NCBI GenBank assembly: GCA_053919585.1
Contig: CM132801.1
DNA length: 64,000 nucleotides
From: Euprymna scolopes
Taxonomy: Eukaryota
Strand: one strand, 5' to 3'
Shown here: positions 27,621 through 41,396 of the stretch, in pieces
Layout of the letters: each line of letters opens with the position of its first letter
Position numbering within the stretch: position 1 is the first letter of the stretch
The notes under the pieces: generated by a model
Told to the model about the DNA's origin: nothing
Seen by the model: only the letters and a program-made list of their open reading frames with translations
The model's database searches: none
Position numbers and translations under genes: made by a program

Positions 27621-28186
27621 AATCATTTCTGCATATTAATGAAGTAATTTTCTATCAAAACTTTTTCACACGGAGTAACCTTGGAATTGACCTAAACTGA
27701 TTCTCAAGTTTAGACAAAGCAATCGTGAATACTACTATACTCCATTGCAATCGGTCCCTTTACAAAACAATATTTTATTAAATATTATAATCAATAACTA
27801 AATCCGCTCAACTGAAGTCGTTTTTTTCTTCATTTCGGGTTGAGTCACTAACTAAACAAATAGAACCAGCAAGGCAGCCGGGAATTGCCCGGAATTGCTC
27901 GGATAATAAAATCTCCAACTCAGTTCTATTTTAACCGCTATTGATATAAATTTCGACCATCACACGTGGTTGAGTCCCACATAATAAAACAGACGCAACT
28001 TTTCCCCACCCGGAAAAATTTGTTGCAGTTTTGCACCGAATGCGCCACACATAAATTGTTTGTTACATTGCACCCTTTGTAACATTAACTTGTTATAACT
28101 TACTTTGTGTGTTGAGTCTCATTTCATTGGATTAATTTATACTAATTATATTCTCTCAATAATATATATATGCGCGCGTGTGTGTG

Positions 28187-28187
<1 letters not shown>

Positions 28188-28266
<79 letters not shown>
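28188..28266. repeat. (GT)n microsatellite
   Basis: Pure GT run. Confidence 0.95.
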
Positions 28267-28267
<1 letters not shown>

Positions 28268-30379
28268 TGAACCTTATATTTTGCCCGGAATCATGATCGT
28301 ATAATTAAACCCAAATATTCAGGCTTCGGCTATATTTTTGGCTTAATATAAAATAATACCACGTGCGTTTTGTAAGAATTAATTAATTACTATATTCTAT
28401 TAATTAAAAATATACTGAAATTATTAAAATGTCGCCACTAACCTTGCACTTTTATCCAGTCACACCGGAAGTTAGAAAAAACAATGAAGCACATTTCTAA
28501 AGCCAAACAAGAAATATCGGTTGTATTACGAAGGAATTATGATTAAATGTTTAATGATCAATACTTTACTTATATATTGTACAAAAAAAATTCATACTGT
28601 GTAGTGAAAACTTTTTAATAATTGATTCTTGCTTTGCGCTGAGGAGATGCTTGTTGTGCAAAACTATAATAATTTAACTGTTATATAATTATATGCCAAC
28701 ATTGCGACCGAAATAATTGTAAGCAATTAGTTACAAATAAAAGACCAGTATTTTTTTAAATGAGCGACTGTATTTGTGTCTGTCCCTAGTAACGTGGTAC
28801 TTTAAGAAATATAGCTCTCGTATTGCACTATTGAGCTATCTAAATGTAAAAGTTTGTGTTATTTATTTATATGTGTATGCTTCTATATGTAATTCAACTA
28901 CTTAGGTATCATTATTACCTAAGTAGTTAAATTACATATAGAAACACACATATAATGTGCACGGGGGGATTCAGTATTACAGGAGAAATAACAAGAGTGC
29001 TCAGTTACTTGTGCAAAGGCACGTATATTTTAATAGATACGATGCATTAGTTCAATCTTATATATTTATATTTTTATTTTACTAATATGATTCATTCCTA
29101 GCCAACGTTTATTTAGCATTTGGTGGTAGCTAAAGGTAAACAAGTTTATTTTTGTTTGTTTGTTTGTTTGTTTGTTTGTCCATTTTTACTTTGACAAACA
29201 AAATAACTTCTGATAGATTTGAAAATCATTGCTAATTAGTTTTACCTTGTGTGAATGTTTATTTTTGATGATATCAGAAACACACCTATCATAAACCTGA
29301 GTCTGTTATGATGATCTTTTATGCAGGAGTCAGTATCAATACACCATAGATTCAGCATCGTCTCATAATCAAGAAATGAGAGGTTTGTGTTAATGCTGAT
29401 ACGAGTGGACAGAAGTATTACCAGGTGAAAGGCCAGCAACACTTATCCATAGACTCAGATCAATTGGGCTCCACTGATTTATTGAAGCAAAATCTGTCTT
29501 TTAAAGGATTTACGTAGCTCGCATTTCAAATAAATAAAGGTATACTAACTTGAAGCATAGAAATAAGTTTTCAATATTACTGTATTCGGCATTAATTAAC
29601 ACAAAAAAGTTTGATATGCCATAGAAGCAAACAATTAAACCAAACTCTATTACTAAATATTTAATAATATAAAAGAACTTGAACTATAAAACCATTTTCT
29701 TTCTATGCTTGCTGGATTCGCCATTAAATAATCCGAAAAAGTTTGATGTGTGGTTAAACCAAAACAAACCAAACTTAGATTAATAAATGTTTTCAAAATT
29801 AGACTCGCATTTACTCTTTTTTTACCGGTTAAGTAATTTGACAGGATTAAAATAATTATTATACAAACAGAATCGTGTTGAAAACCCGTCAATCTATTGC
29901 CTTCAATGGTCGCCATGAGCTGAATATCATCTTTAAAACATGTTCAAACAAATCTTATTTTAAGTAATTTTAGAGAAAAAAAGATCAGATTTCGTTCTAG
30001 ATAATTGTCTCATATTTTTACTTCCGTGAGACGATTCGAGTGAAGTTAATTCGCTTTCAAACGTTTCACAAGGCCTCACCTCCGACACGGGAAGATAAAA
30101 AATGTACTTGAGTCAAACACATCAACATCGGGTCATCATAAGGTTTTGACGCCAGATTTATCTTCATAAAATATTTCAAATAACAATCTTAATAGAGCAG
30201 TAAATGAGGAAAAAAGTATTACAAGATACATACAAAAAAGAAGAAACCCAGACGTAATTATAGAAAGAAGAAACTAAGCCAATTATATAAGTCGTTAAAA
30301 ATCATTACAAACATGCATTGCCGTAAAATTAAAAAAATATCCGAATAAAGTTTAGAAAAACAATGACGGTATGTGTTTA

Positions 30380-31550
30380 TCTATATCTATATATCTATCT
30401 ATCTTCTTTACTCCTATAAATTCCTTTTCCAAGCGTGTGTGTTGATATTCGTATTAAAATCCCTTTCTCTATTTAAAAAGAAAATACATTTTTATGTATA
30501 GGGCGTGGAATTGCATTCACCAGCAAAAGATCTAGCTAATTTGCATATTCTTTTAAACATTCATTTTAATTAATTCCTTATTAGTTTCTTCGGTTTTCCT
30601 ACGGGATGACCATCTTTAGTTAACTATTACGTGTAATCATATTAATGCAGATGTGCTACATGATTTATACTTGCATAATATTTGCGTAAAAAGTTTATAG
30701 TAAACACAAAATTGTTCTCATATATATTTATGTGTACGTATATATTTTTGTTTAACAAATATTGCCTATCAAACTCCTCCTAGAGTTTTTGGTCTACGAA
30801 CATGAAACTTCATATATAAGGTATTTGAATCCATGTAAAACTTTATATTTGCGTTTTAACCCGGAAAAATCGGTGCAAAAGTGTGAAAATTTTAAAAAAT
30901 AAAATTTGCCAGGTGAAGGACGAACGCCGGCATTACGAATGGATAACATAGTAGCTATTTGTTCATGTTTTATTTTTTTTGCCTCGCAGTAATGTATTCA
31001 TGGCCCAGTCATTGGCGGCAGAGTCAAAAATCAGTCGTAAGCTGAAGGGTTTGGTTTCGATTCTCGGTGTTGGCACACGAGTCTTTACTTTTTTTTTAAC
31101 TTTTTAAATCATTATTATATATTGCGTCCAATATAATCTATAATATACATCTTACCTGTTTGTTTAAATGTATGTATATATGTGTGTATGTTTGTCTTCC
31201 TAAAACTTTCGACAGGCGACGAATTTTCACGAGATCGGTATCGTTGTGAAGCCGACCTTTCGGACGATTAATACGAAAAAATTGGCTAAAATCATTAATC
31301 ACTTCACCCTCAACTGGGCGCTTTTTCGCCGGTGTTTTCGAAAGCCATCCTCTATTTTCGATTGACTAGCCTTAATTTAAACCTACATCACTTCCGCGAT
31401 GGGCGAAACAGCAAAGATGTCACGTTTTTTTTTCATGTTCTTTTCCTCCTTCGTGGTACGGGTTCGAGCCTGTCTGCCTACAACCACTTATTTGTTTTTT
31501 GTTCAACACACATATCCAAACACCCGGGAAACGCCGGGCTGAAATGCTAG
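30380..31550 (+). mobile_element. non-autonomous Helitron (head type A)
   Basis: TCTA-rich 5' end; 3' hairpin cccgggaaacgccggg followed by CTAG at 31547-31550. Confidence 0.75.
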
Positions 31551-32410
31551 TCTCTCTATATATCTATAAAAATGTACGTGTCTGTGTGTCTGTGTGTACA
31601 TTTCCCTATGCAATAACTCTGTCAATTTTTAGTCGACAGATCCGAAATTTGATATACAGGGTACTGAGATTTGGGAAAATCTATGTTTGGCTGTCAGGGG
31701 TCAAAGTTCAACGATTTTACCTTTGAGAACTCTACCAAACTCCTCCGACAATTTTGGGTCTAAACACTAGAAATTTTAGATATAAGTTCCTTGGACATTG
31801 ATCTAACTTAATATCTTCATTTTAGCCTAAAACAATAAATTTAAAGGGGTCATAATAGGGATCAAAGTTAAAAATAAATTGATCTCTGGCGTCTGTACCA
31901 AATTATTCAGACAATTTCTGCTCTAAACATTTGAAATTTGACATAAAGGGTATTCAGAGATAGAGCAAGCTTTTTTAATCGGTTTGGGTCGAAAATTTTT
32001 AGTTACCAATATATAAATGTATGTATGTATGTATGTATGCCTAAAACTTTTGACGGATTTTACCAAGATCAGTATCGTTTTAAAGTCCGGCTCTTCAGAC
32101 GACAAATATCGAAAAATTGGCTAAAAACATTTATATGTTCGCCTTCAACTGGGAACCTTTCTACAGGGGGAGGGGTCGCTTTTTTCGCCGATATTTTTGA
32201 AACTCATCCTCTCCTTCCGATTGTCTAGCCTTAATTTTTTTTTAAATGTCACTTCCGGTTTGGCGGTGGTCGTAACAACATAGACGTAAGGTTTTTCCCC
32301 GTTTTTTCCTCCTTTGCAGTACCGTTTCGAGCCTGCCTTCCTACTACCACATTTCTTTTTGCTCATCAGACACACCCAAACACACAGGCAACGCCGGGCT
32401 GAAATGGTAG
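31551..32410 (+). mobile_element. non-autonomous Helitron (head type B), tandem to the previous element
   Basis: Starts TC directly after CTAG; same 3' module, ending ggcaacgccgggctgaaatgGTAG. Confidence 0.72.
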
Positions 32411-32945
32411 TCTATACTCCTATGAATTCGTTTTTATTTAGTATGTATTGATATTCATATTAAAAACACTGTTTCCTATTTATTTAAAAAGATAATACAA
32501 TTTTCTTATTATGGATTGTAGAATTGCATTCACCAGCAAAAGATCTAGCTAATTTGCATGTAAAATTTCAAATGTTTGGACCAGAAATTGTCTGGGTAAT
32601 TTGGTAGAGACTGCAGCGAAAAATTGGCCCCTATAATGACCCCTTACCATTTATTGTTCTGGGTTAAAATCAAATTATTAAGTTATATCCATGTCCAAGG
32701 AACCTATTTCAAGTGTTTAGACCGAAAATTGCCGGAGGAGTTTGGTAGAATTCTCAAAGGTCAAATCGTTTTTGACCCCTTTACGACCAAATTTCTGGGC
32801 GAAAACGGGTTACAAAGATTTTCCCGAATCTCACTACCCTGTGCATCAAATTTAGAGTTTGTAGACTGAAAATTGACAGAGTTATTGTGTACGGAAATGT
32901 ACACAGACAGACAGACAGACAGACACTTTCACTTTTATATATGTA
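32411..32945. mobile_element. fused Helitron fragments (A head on plus, B head on minus)
   Basis: 32411-32560 matches about 30400-30546; about 32561-32945 is the reverse complement of B-type sequence. Confidence 0.65.
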
Positions 32946-33850
32946 CTAGCAATTCAGCCCGGCTTTGCTCGGGCCCTATATACTGTTCATAACTTGCCCT
33001 TCCTGTGAATACACTTTATGTAAGATTTAAACTATTTAGACCCAAAATTGTCTGAGTAATTTCGTAGAGACCGCGGAGGTGATTTTTTTTTATAAATTTG
33101 ACGCAATTTTTACCTCTTAATATTAATTATTTTGGTCTCAAATCAAAATATAAATTTTTTACCCATGTCCAAGTTACCTACATCTAAAATATCAAGTCTT
33201 TAGACTCAAAATTAGCGGAGAAATATCGTAGAATCGACAAAGGTCAACTCTTTCAATTTGACATTTTGGCAGCCGAATTTTCGTCCCCCACCCCCAAACT
33301 GATTAAAATTCGGTGAGTAGTTTGCTAGACATCGCAAAGGTCAAATCTTGTGAACTTTGACCTTTCGGAAGCTTAAATTTTCGACCCAAACCGATTAAAA
33401 AGCTTACCCTATCTCTGAATACCCTTTATGTAAAATTTCAAATGTTTAGACCAGAAATTGTCTGAGTAATTTGGTAGACACCGCAGAGATAATTTTTTTT
33501 ATCTTTGATCCCTATTATGACATTTATTGATTTGGGCTCAAATCAAGCTTTGAAGTTAGATCCATGTCGAAGGAACCTATATCTAAAATTCTAATTGTTT
33601 AGACCCAAAATTGTCGGAGGAGTTTGGTAGAGTCCTCAAGGATCAAATCGTTGAACTTTGACCCCTTAACAGCCGAATTTCTCGCCGAAAACGGATTAAA
33701 AAGATATTCCCAAATCTCAGTACCCTGTATATCAATGTTCGAGTCTGTAGACTGAAAATTGACAGAGTTATTGCGTAGGGAAATGTACACACACAGACAC
33801 ATAGACACACAGACATACACACAGACACGTTCACTTTTGTAGATATAGAG
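32946..33850 (-). mobile_element. non-autonomous Helitron (B head, alternative tail)
   Basis: Reverse complement ends cccgagcaaagccgggctgaattgCTAG; B-type head near 33780-33850. Confidence 0.75.
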
Positions 33851-34699
33851 ATAGATAAGTGAAAATGTCTTTGTGCGTGTGTGTGTTTGTATACATTTCC
33901 TTACTGAATAACTCTGTCAATTATAATCTTAGAGAGTCGAGATTTTACGAAATTTGACTGTCAAGTGTTAGAGTTTTACGATTTGACCTTTGAAAATGTT
34001 GCGTCTAAACACTTGAAATTTTAAATGAAGGTTATTTGGACATGAATCAAGCTTTATAATTTATTTTAGCCTAAAAAATGTTAAGGGGTCAAAATTGGGG
34101 TCAAAGTTTTCAAAAAATTTGACCTCTGCGGTCCCTACCAAATTACGCAGCAAAATTCTGGGCTAAATATTTGAAATTTTATATTAAGTGTATTCAGAGA
34201 TTCGGTTCGTGTCGAACATTTTAGCTGCCAAGGGGTCAAATTTCAAAATATTTTAACTTTGCGATGTCTAGCACACTACTCAGCCAATTTTGGGTCTAAA
34301 CATTTGAAATTTACCCATAACGGGTACTCAGCCATGCGTCCCGCTTTTTCTTCAATTTTGGGGCGAAAATTTGGCTGTCAAAAGGCCAAAGTTGAAAGAC
34401 TTGACCTTTGCAGATTCTACCAAATCCCTCCGCCAATTTTGGGTCTAAACACTTGAAATTTTAGATGTAGGTAACTTGGACATGGGTGAAACCTTTATTT
34501 TGATTTGAAACCAAAATAATAAATGTTAAGGAGTTTAAATTAGGGTCAAATATTTTAAAAGTTGACTTCTAGGGTCTCTACTCAATTACTCAGACAAATT
34601 TTGGTCTAAACATTTGAAATCTTACATAAAGTATATTCTCACGTAGAGCAAGTTATGAACAATACATAGGAGCCGACCAAAGCCGGACTGAACTTCTAG
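33851..34699 (+). mobile_element. non-autonomous Helitron (B head, alternative tail)
   Basis: Ends ccgaccaaagccggactgaacttCTAG; imperfect inverted copy of 32946-33850. Confidence 0.72.
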
Positions 34700-35265
34700 T
34701 GTGTATGTATATACATACGTAAGGAGTTGTGTTTGAAGGCTATGACAGTGCAGTCATATAAAATAGAAAAATACCGTTGTGTAAAATATGTAAAAACGGA
34801 CAATGACAATATTGAAAGATTTCAATAATTTTCTGTTATAAATTATCTAATTACCAGCATAATGGCACGAGCAAGAATGGTATCATAGTGTAATTTTTTT
34901 TTTCGATTTTTCTTTAGAAAGAAGAACACTTTTTTAAAAATAATACTTACAACAACTCAATCGAGAGTAAATTATGATCGGGTTCGGAAGTAGTAGGACA
35001 GCAGTAGACTCTAAAATTATTGTTGAATTATGGGTCGGCATTTATGTTTGTTATTATTCAATTATTGTTATGTGGTATGTGTTAATTAATCACTTACTAT
35101 GCATAGGTGCGAAAACAGGTTTTCTTCTCTTCTTGAGGAATAATATATCCTTCTATTACTTTTTGGGGTATTTTTAAATTGTTAACTTTTTATATTTTTG
35201 TTTAGTTGATTACATAATTATATGGAAGTAATAGAAGTATACGGGACTTGGTGATCCTGTTAATT

Positions 35266-35305
35266 ATCTATTATATATACAAAAGTGAACGGGTCTGTGT
35301 GTGCG

Positions 35306-35384
<79 letters not shown>

Positions 35385-37297
35385 ACATTTTTCTACGCAA
35401 TAACTTAATAACTTGATTTGAGCCCCAAACAATTAATGTTAAGGGTCATAATAGGGGTAAAAGTTTAAAAAGTTTTTTTGTTTTTTTTTGCTCAACATAC
35501 ACCACCAAATAGCAGGGCAACGCAACATGTGATCGCAACACGTGATCGGTTTTCGGCCAGAAATTTGGCTGTTAAGGGCTCAAAATTCAACGATTTGACC
35601 TGTGAGAACTCTACCAAAATTCTCCGACAAATTGGAGTCTAAAACATTGGAAATTTTAAATATAGGTTCCTTGGACATGGATCTAACTTAATAACTTTAT
35701 TTGAGCCCAAAACAATGAATGTTAAGCGGTCATAATAGGGGCCAAAGCTAAAAAAACTGACCGTTTTTTTTGTTTTGTTTTTTTGCTCAGCATATACCTC
35801 CAAACGCCCGGGCAACGCCGGGATCCCGTGCTAGTAGTTTACTAAAGATGATTATCCCATTAAAAATCCGAAGCAACTAATAGGGAATTAATTAAAATGA
35901 ATGTTGTTTAAAAGAATATGCAAATTAGCTAGATCTTTTGCTAGTGAATGCAATACCATAACTCATATATAAGAAAATTGTATTCTCTTTTTAAATAAAT
36001 AGAAAATAGGGTTTTTAATGCGAATATCAATACACACACAAGAAAAAAGAATTTATAGGAGTATAGATAGATATAAGTGAAAATGTCTGTGTATCTGTGT
36101 GTGTGTCTGTGTACATTTTCCTACGCAATAGCTCTCTCAATTTTTAGTCTACAGGCTTGAAATTTTATATAAAAGTTACTGAGATTTGGGAAAATCTATG
36201 TGATCGGTTTTCGGCCAAAAATTTAGCTGTTAATGACTCAAAGTCAACGATTTGACCTTTGAGAACTCTACAAAACTCCTCCGACAATTTAGGGTCCAAA
36301 ACATTGGAAATTTTAGATATAGATTCCTTGGACATGGATCTAACTTAATAACTTGATTTGAGCTTAAAACAATAAATGTTAAGGAGTCATAATAGGGGTC
36401 AAATTTTTAAAAATCGACCCTTTTTTTCTTTTTGTTTTTTTTTTTATCAGCATACACCTCGAAACACCCGAGCAACGCCGGGCACCATGCAATATATCTA
36501 TAAAAGGGTAAAGTGTCTGTGTACATGTCCATACACAATAACTCTATCAATTTTTAGTCTACGGATTCGAAATTTAGTATATACGTTACTGTGATTTGGT
36601 AATATCTTTTTAATCCGTTTTCGGCCAGAAATTCGGCTGTTAAGGGGTCAAAGTTCAAAGATTTTACCTTTGAGAACTCTACCAAACTCTTCCGACAATT
36701 TTGGGTCTAAACACTTGACATTTTAGATATAGGTTCCTTGGGCATGGACCTAACTTAATAACTTGATTTGAGCCCAAAACAATAAATATTAAGGTGTCAT
36801 AATAGGGATCAAAGGTTAAAAAAATTACTCAGACAATTTCTGGTCTAAACATTTGAAATTTTACATAAAGGGTATTCATAGATAGGGCAAGATTTTTAAT
36901 CGGTTTGGGTCGAACATTTGAGCTATCAATATGTCTGCCTAAAACTTTCGACCGAGGCATCGGATTTTCGCAAGATCAGTATCGTTTTAAGCTTGATCCT
37001 TCCGACGACAAATACCGAAAAATTGGCTTAGAAAATTAATTTCTTCATCTTCAACTGGGCACTTTTCTACAGGGAGGGGTCACTTTTTTCGCCGATATTT
37101 TCGAAAGTCATCCCCTCTTTTTGATTGTCTAGCCTTAATTTAAACCTACAGCCGGTGATCGTAATAGAAAAGACGTCACGTTTTTCCCGTTCTTTTCTTC
37201 CTTCACGGTACGGGTTCGAACCTGCCTTCCTACTACCACTTTTTTTTGCTCAACAAGCACCTTCAAACACCCGGGCAACGCCGAGCTGTAATTCTAG
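35266..37297. mobile_element. Helitron cluster: about 35266-35834 (+), 35838-36062 (A head, -), 36063-36490 (+), 36495-37297 (+)
   Basis: Repeated heads, shared internal subrepeats, and cccgggcaacgccggg-type hairpins; CTAG ends at 35834 and 37297. Confidence 0.72.
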
Positions 37298-37904
37298 TAA
37301 ATATATATTATTACTTACTATATAGAAATGAATAGTAATTGCCGACACAACAGCATAAACTTATGAAATCGTTTTCCTACGTAAGACTTCGAAATACCAT
37401 CTTCTATCTAGCTTCTTTCTTAAAAAAAGATAATTTTCATGTATTTCTCGGCTCTGTCGTTTTTCATGGTTGATTCTCGAGTGAGCTCTTCTCTCTGTAA
37501 ATTATTCACCACAAAACATGTGGATATACAACGAATATAAGTAATTTTCTTTTCTTCCTCTCTGCAGCTAAAAGTAAACGCAACTTCCATTAGCAAAATT
37601 GCTTTAAACTAAATACCTGTACGCAATAATGTGAGGCTGCTTCTCAGCTAAAGGCAACACATTCTTGTTGAAGCGTCTTGTTAAAGAATCAAATTCTGCT
37701 CAGTTTCAAATATCCTTACGAGTCCCCATTGTGTTGTCTCACTCTCTTACTGACAAACTTATTAACTCTTATTCTCGGGTTACTTCTGAAGAGTATAAAC
37801 AAAAGTGATAATTACAACTGAAAAGTATGTTTTTAACAACTTAAAATAAAATTTAAAACTATTTTCTAGGGAAGATAATGTTTATGCATTCACTAAGCAA
37901 TTTA

Positions 37905-40075
37905 CTAGCAGTCAAGAAAGGAAGGTTCGCTAAGGCATTTGCTGAAGAGTTTGGAGAAAACCGGAGCAACCTCAGGAGAGCATGTTTTTAGCTGTATAGC
38001 AGAAATAAAATCGGGCCCACATGCCTTCGAGGTGTCTATTTTTTATGGCATCACAAACAAGGGAAGCAGTATTTTTCAGATCATCGAGTGTGGCTATTGT
38101 CCACAAAGGGAAATTTAAGAGGGGGCGACATGTTAAGTTAGAGGCAAAATGTTGTGTCAGCAGATTTACCTTTTCAGTTTCTGTGCAGTCAGTCTCAATG
38201 TTGTAGGATAGTGATAGAATTGTCGATTGTCCATTATTTACTACACTGTAATAAATTTTCCAGAAATCCCGAGTACCATTTCCTGCGACTCAATGCGTTT
38301 TCTGATGACTTCAGAATGCCTTCGCTTGGTTGCGACTATTACTCTCCTACAATTAGTTTTAGCTTCTACAAACTTTTGCCTATTTGTATTCGACTTATGT
38401 CCGATAAGTCTGATTTGAGTGATAGTAACTGCACAATTTGGCACCATGTGCTTCAATTGCTGCTTTGAACCATTCAATAATTTCATTTGCATGTTATGCA
38501 AGAGAAAATATACTACTCCATGGAGCGTCTATGATGGCTTCCGAGTCAGCCTTCTTATAGTTCCTTATTGTCGGCTCTTTAGTTTTAGGTCGAGGGTTTA
38601 GGGTGATTTCTATACTATCACAACGTGATCGACATTCCTAAGTAGGCTATGGACATGTCATCGGGAACTGTGGTCAGAAATAGATCTAGAAGTGAGGCTT
38701 GTTGGTCCTATCGATCTAGAAAACTGGTCGGAAACGTAGCTGTCTTTGATGGGTAATAGAATATAGAGAAGCTATGTGCTGTGCTACCAGTTACGTCTGT
38801 GTGAGTAGAGAAACCTAACCAATTAATGTGGGGAACATTTAAGTCATTAAATACATGTAGTTGATCGCTAGTATCTAGAGAGAGTTCTGTCAGAGATTTG
38901 GTTGATTAAGGTACGGTCCTGTGTTGAGGGAAAACGGTGGAGAAAATATAAGTAACGCTATGTTGCAGGTTTAGTCTAAAGAACATTAAGGCTTGGTCAT
39001 CTGATACTAAGATTCTATAGTCAGGGGGATGAGTGTTTCGAATATAGACTTCAAGTCCGTGCATATATCTGTCTGAGTCCTTACGGCAAAGTGATAGATA
39101 ACCAGACATGTTAAAATGGTGACAAGGGATGGAGGAGTGTAGGTTAATTTCAATTAGAGTTAAGATATCTGAGAATTTGCTAGGAGAAATGATTCAACAG
39201 AATCCAAGTTAGTTCTAAGCCCGCGGATATTCGTCAATTCAAGCCTCAAGGGAGGATGCGAATTGGTTTTGTTTACATTTGCGTCTGGTTTGGTCGTATT
39301 TTTTGTTTGAGCTGTCATTTTCTTTAATAGTTTCAGTTTTAGGGTGAGATGTGCTTGGCAAAATGGATTTGTAATATACCAAATTCACAAAACAAGTAGA
39401 ACATCAGCCGACTCTCCATCCACAAGATTGTGGCCACGGGAAATCGCAACGGGGATGGATGTAGGGTCACTTTCTCATGCGCGAGATAACATTACAATCA
39501 TAGAACAACCGTTCTAAGAACTATTAAAGAGTTAGTGCTTTTGTACTGTCAGTTAGAATACAGCAGCCAGACAAACTGTCAAACTAGTACCTCAATCCGT
39601 AAGACAAAAGAACCCAGTTCAATTGGATTGGCATATGTGACACTCAGGCACCACCAAGATGCCAAGTTCTAGAGAATGGGAAAGAGGCGGGAGTGGGGAA
39701 CAGTGTTCATTGCTCTAGTCAGAAAACCGGGTCAAATACTGTGATCACATCTTTGCGCCTGACTAATAGACAAAGAAGTTGTATGAAAGCCGGGCGATAG
39801 GCAGAGCCTATCTACTTCTTAAGAAATTTAGGTTTGCAAACCGGTAATTTATTCGAGTCACCAGCTCTAGAAAGTTTGTCGACCATGACCCCGTTTATTT
39901 AGTGCGAAGACGTATGAGGTCAGTAGCACAGGTTTAACTTTGGAGTTTCTCTGTTTGTAGCAGCCAAATAGTATAATCCTAATTGTCTACGGCCTTTTGC
40001 TTTGTTGTCTATTAATGCAGGAGAAACCATCGCCTGGTCCGCAACCCGGTGGGCGTGCTGGATGGCTTGAGAAGA
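37905..40075 (-). mobile_element. LINE family 2, 5' portion: putative 5' UTR, APE domain and start of RT
   Basis: ATG at 39318 precedes an APE N-terminus (ELTNIR.LRTNLDSVES with a frameshift), then HGLEVYIRN, and later KACGPD...CSPEVAPVFSKLFSKCL near 37930-38030. Confidence 0.75.
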
Positions 40076-41201
40076 TAACACACCATTTTTTTTATTTTAT
40101 ATTTACTTTAAATGAAAATGTCCTCATATCAGGTTATCTGACAAAACCCTATACAGAGAGACCGAAGACACTCGAGGATAGTGTTTAGTACGCATTCAAG
40201 TTTCTCCCCTCAGTTTCTTTAAAATGTTCTTATAATTTTTCCTAGATGGGGATGAGGTATCTCCCCGGATTTCAGACATTTATCTACTATTTCATACATT
40301 CCAATTGAGAAAGCTTTTTTCACAATCTAACCATTTTTAAAGTGTAATTTTTTGTATCTCTCTTTCACTTAGTTTACCGAGTATATTTGCAAGGCAATTT
40401 TTGAAAGTTTTTTCATAAGTCTAGTTACTCTTACAATTCCTGAAATGAAGGAGGTCTTCGTAAGATTCCACTTTCTTTACATGTCGTATATTAAAAGATT
40501 TTGTGAGGATGTGTGCACTGTACTTGCCATGTACGTATCGTATTTGAAATCAACATCTCTAGATGAAGTTCGAACACTGTTTGTTTTATGCCTGTTTCAA
40601 TTACTTTTTTAACCCTGTGTAATGTGCGTGCGTGATCTATAGAATGCAAATAATTTCAACAGATTAAATGTTTCTCTGCGATAAACGAACATATGGTATG
40701 GACTAATGTGTGCATCTGTTTGCATATATCAAATGAAAATGAAATAAATTTAATTAAAACTAACTGCTAACTTAAGATCAAACAAATTGTTTGTACGATG
40801 AAGCAGGAAATTAAAAATGCTGCGTACTCTGCAGACGGATGTGCTATTGGCGGGGGGGGGAGAAAAAGAAGAAAGATAGCAGGATAAATTTTAATTAAGA
40901 GAAAATAATAACTAAAAATAACTTAAATAAACTTTTTTAATTACGAAATGTTTTTTCTAGCTGTATAATTTTATCATTGTTACAACGAAAAAGTGGAAAT
41001 ACTATAGACCTTTTTGGTTGTCCTTAAACTTCGCACTATTCGCCAAACTTCAGCCAAATGCATTCCAGTGCTTGTTTTAAAGTAAAAATACTTCTACGTA
41101 AAGTGCTCTAATAAATGTATTGCACCTGCATCATGTACATGTAAAACTGCAAAATTTGACCTCTTTACGGTAGAGATTCCTATTAAACACTGAGAACTCC
41201 T

Positions 41202-41386
41202 TGTAAGAAAAAAATGTAAGGAAAAATTCAAGATGGCGCCCGACTCTCTCTTTAACACGGTAAGATATCCTCAACACGGCACAAGAAGCAACAGCCACAC
41301 GATTCCCCAGTCAACTCAATCGTCACTCCCCCGTACCCACACAACACGCAAACACGCGGGCGCTTATCTCCTGGATGCACGTTACA
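41202..41386 (-). repeat. 3' LTR
   Basis: Direct repeat of 45056-45240 with two transitions. Confidence 0.97.
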
Positions 41387-41396
41387 CTCCCCCCCT
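41387..41396 (-). other. polypurine tract
   Basis: AGGGGGGGAG on the minus strand, abutting the 3' LTR. Confidence 0.9.

Noticed and set aside
29242-29460. Possible minus-strand exon ending AAG|GTAAAA
   Set aside because: No recognisable protein, no clear acceptor and no partner exons.
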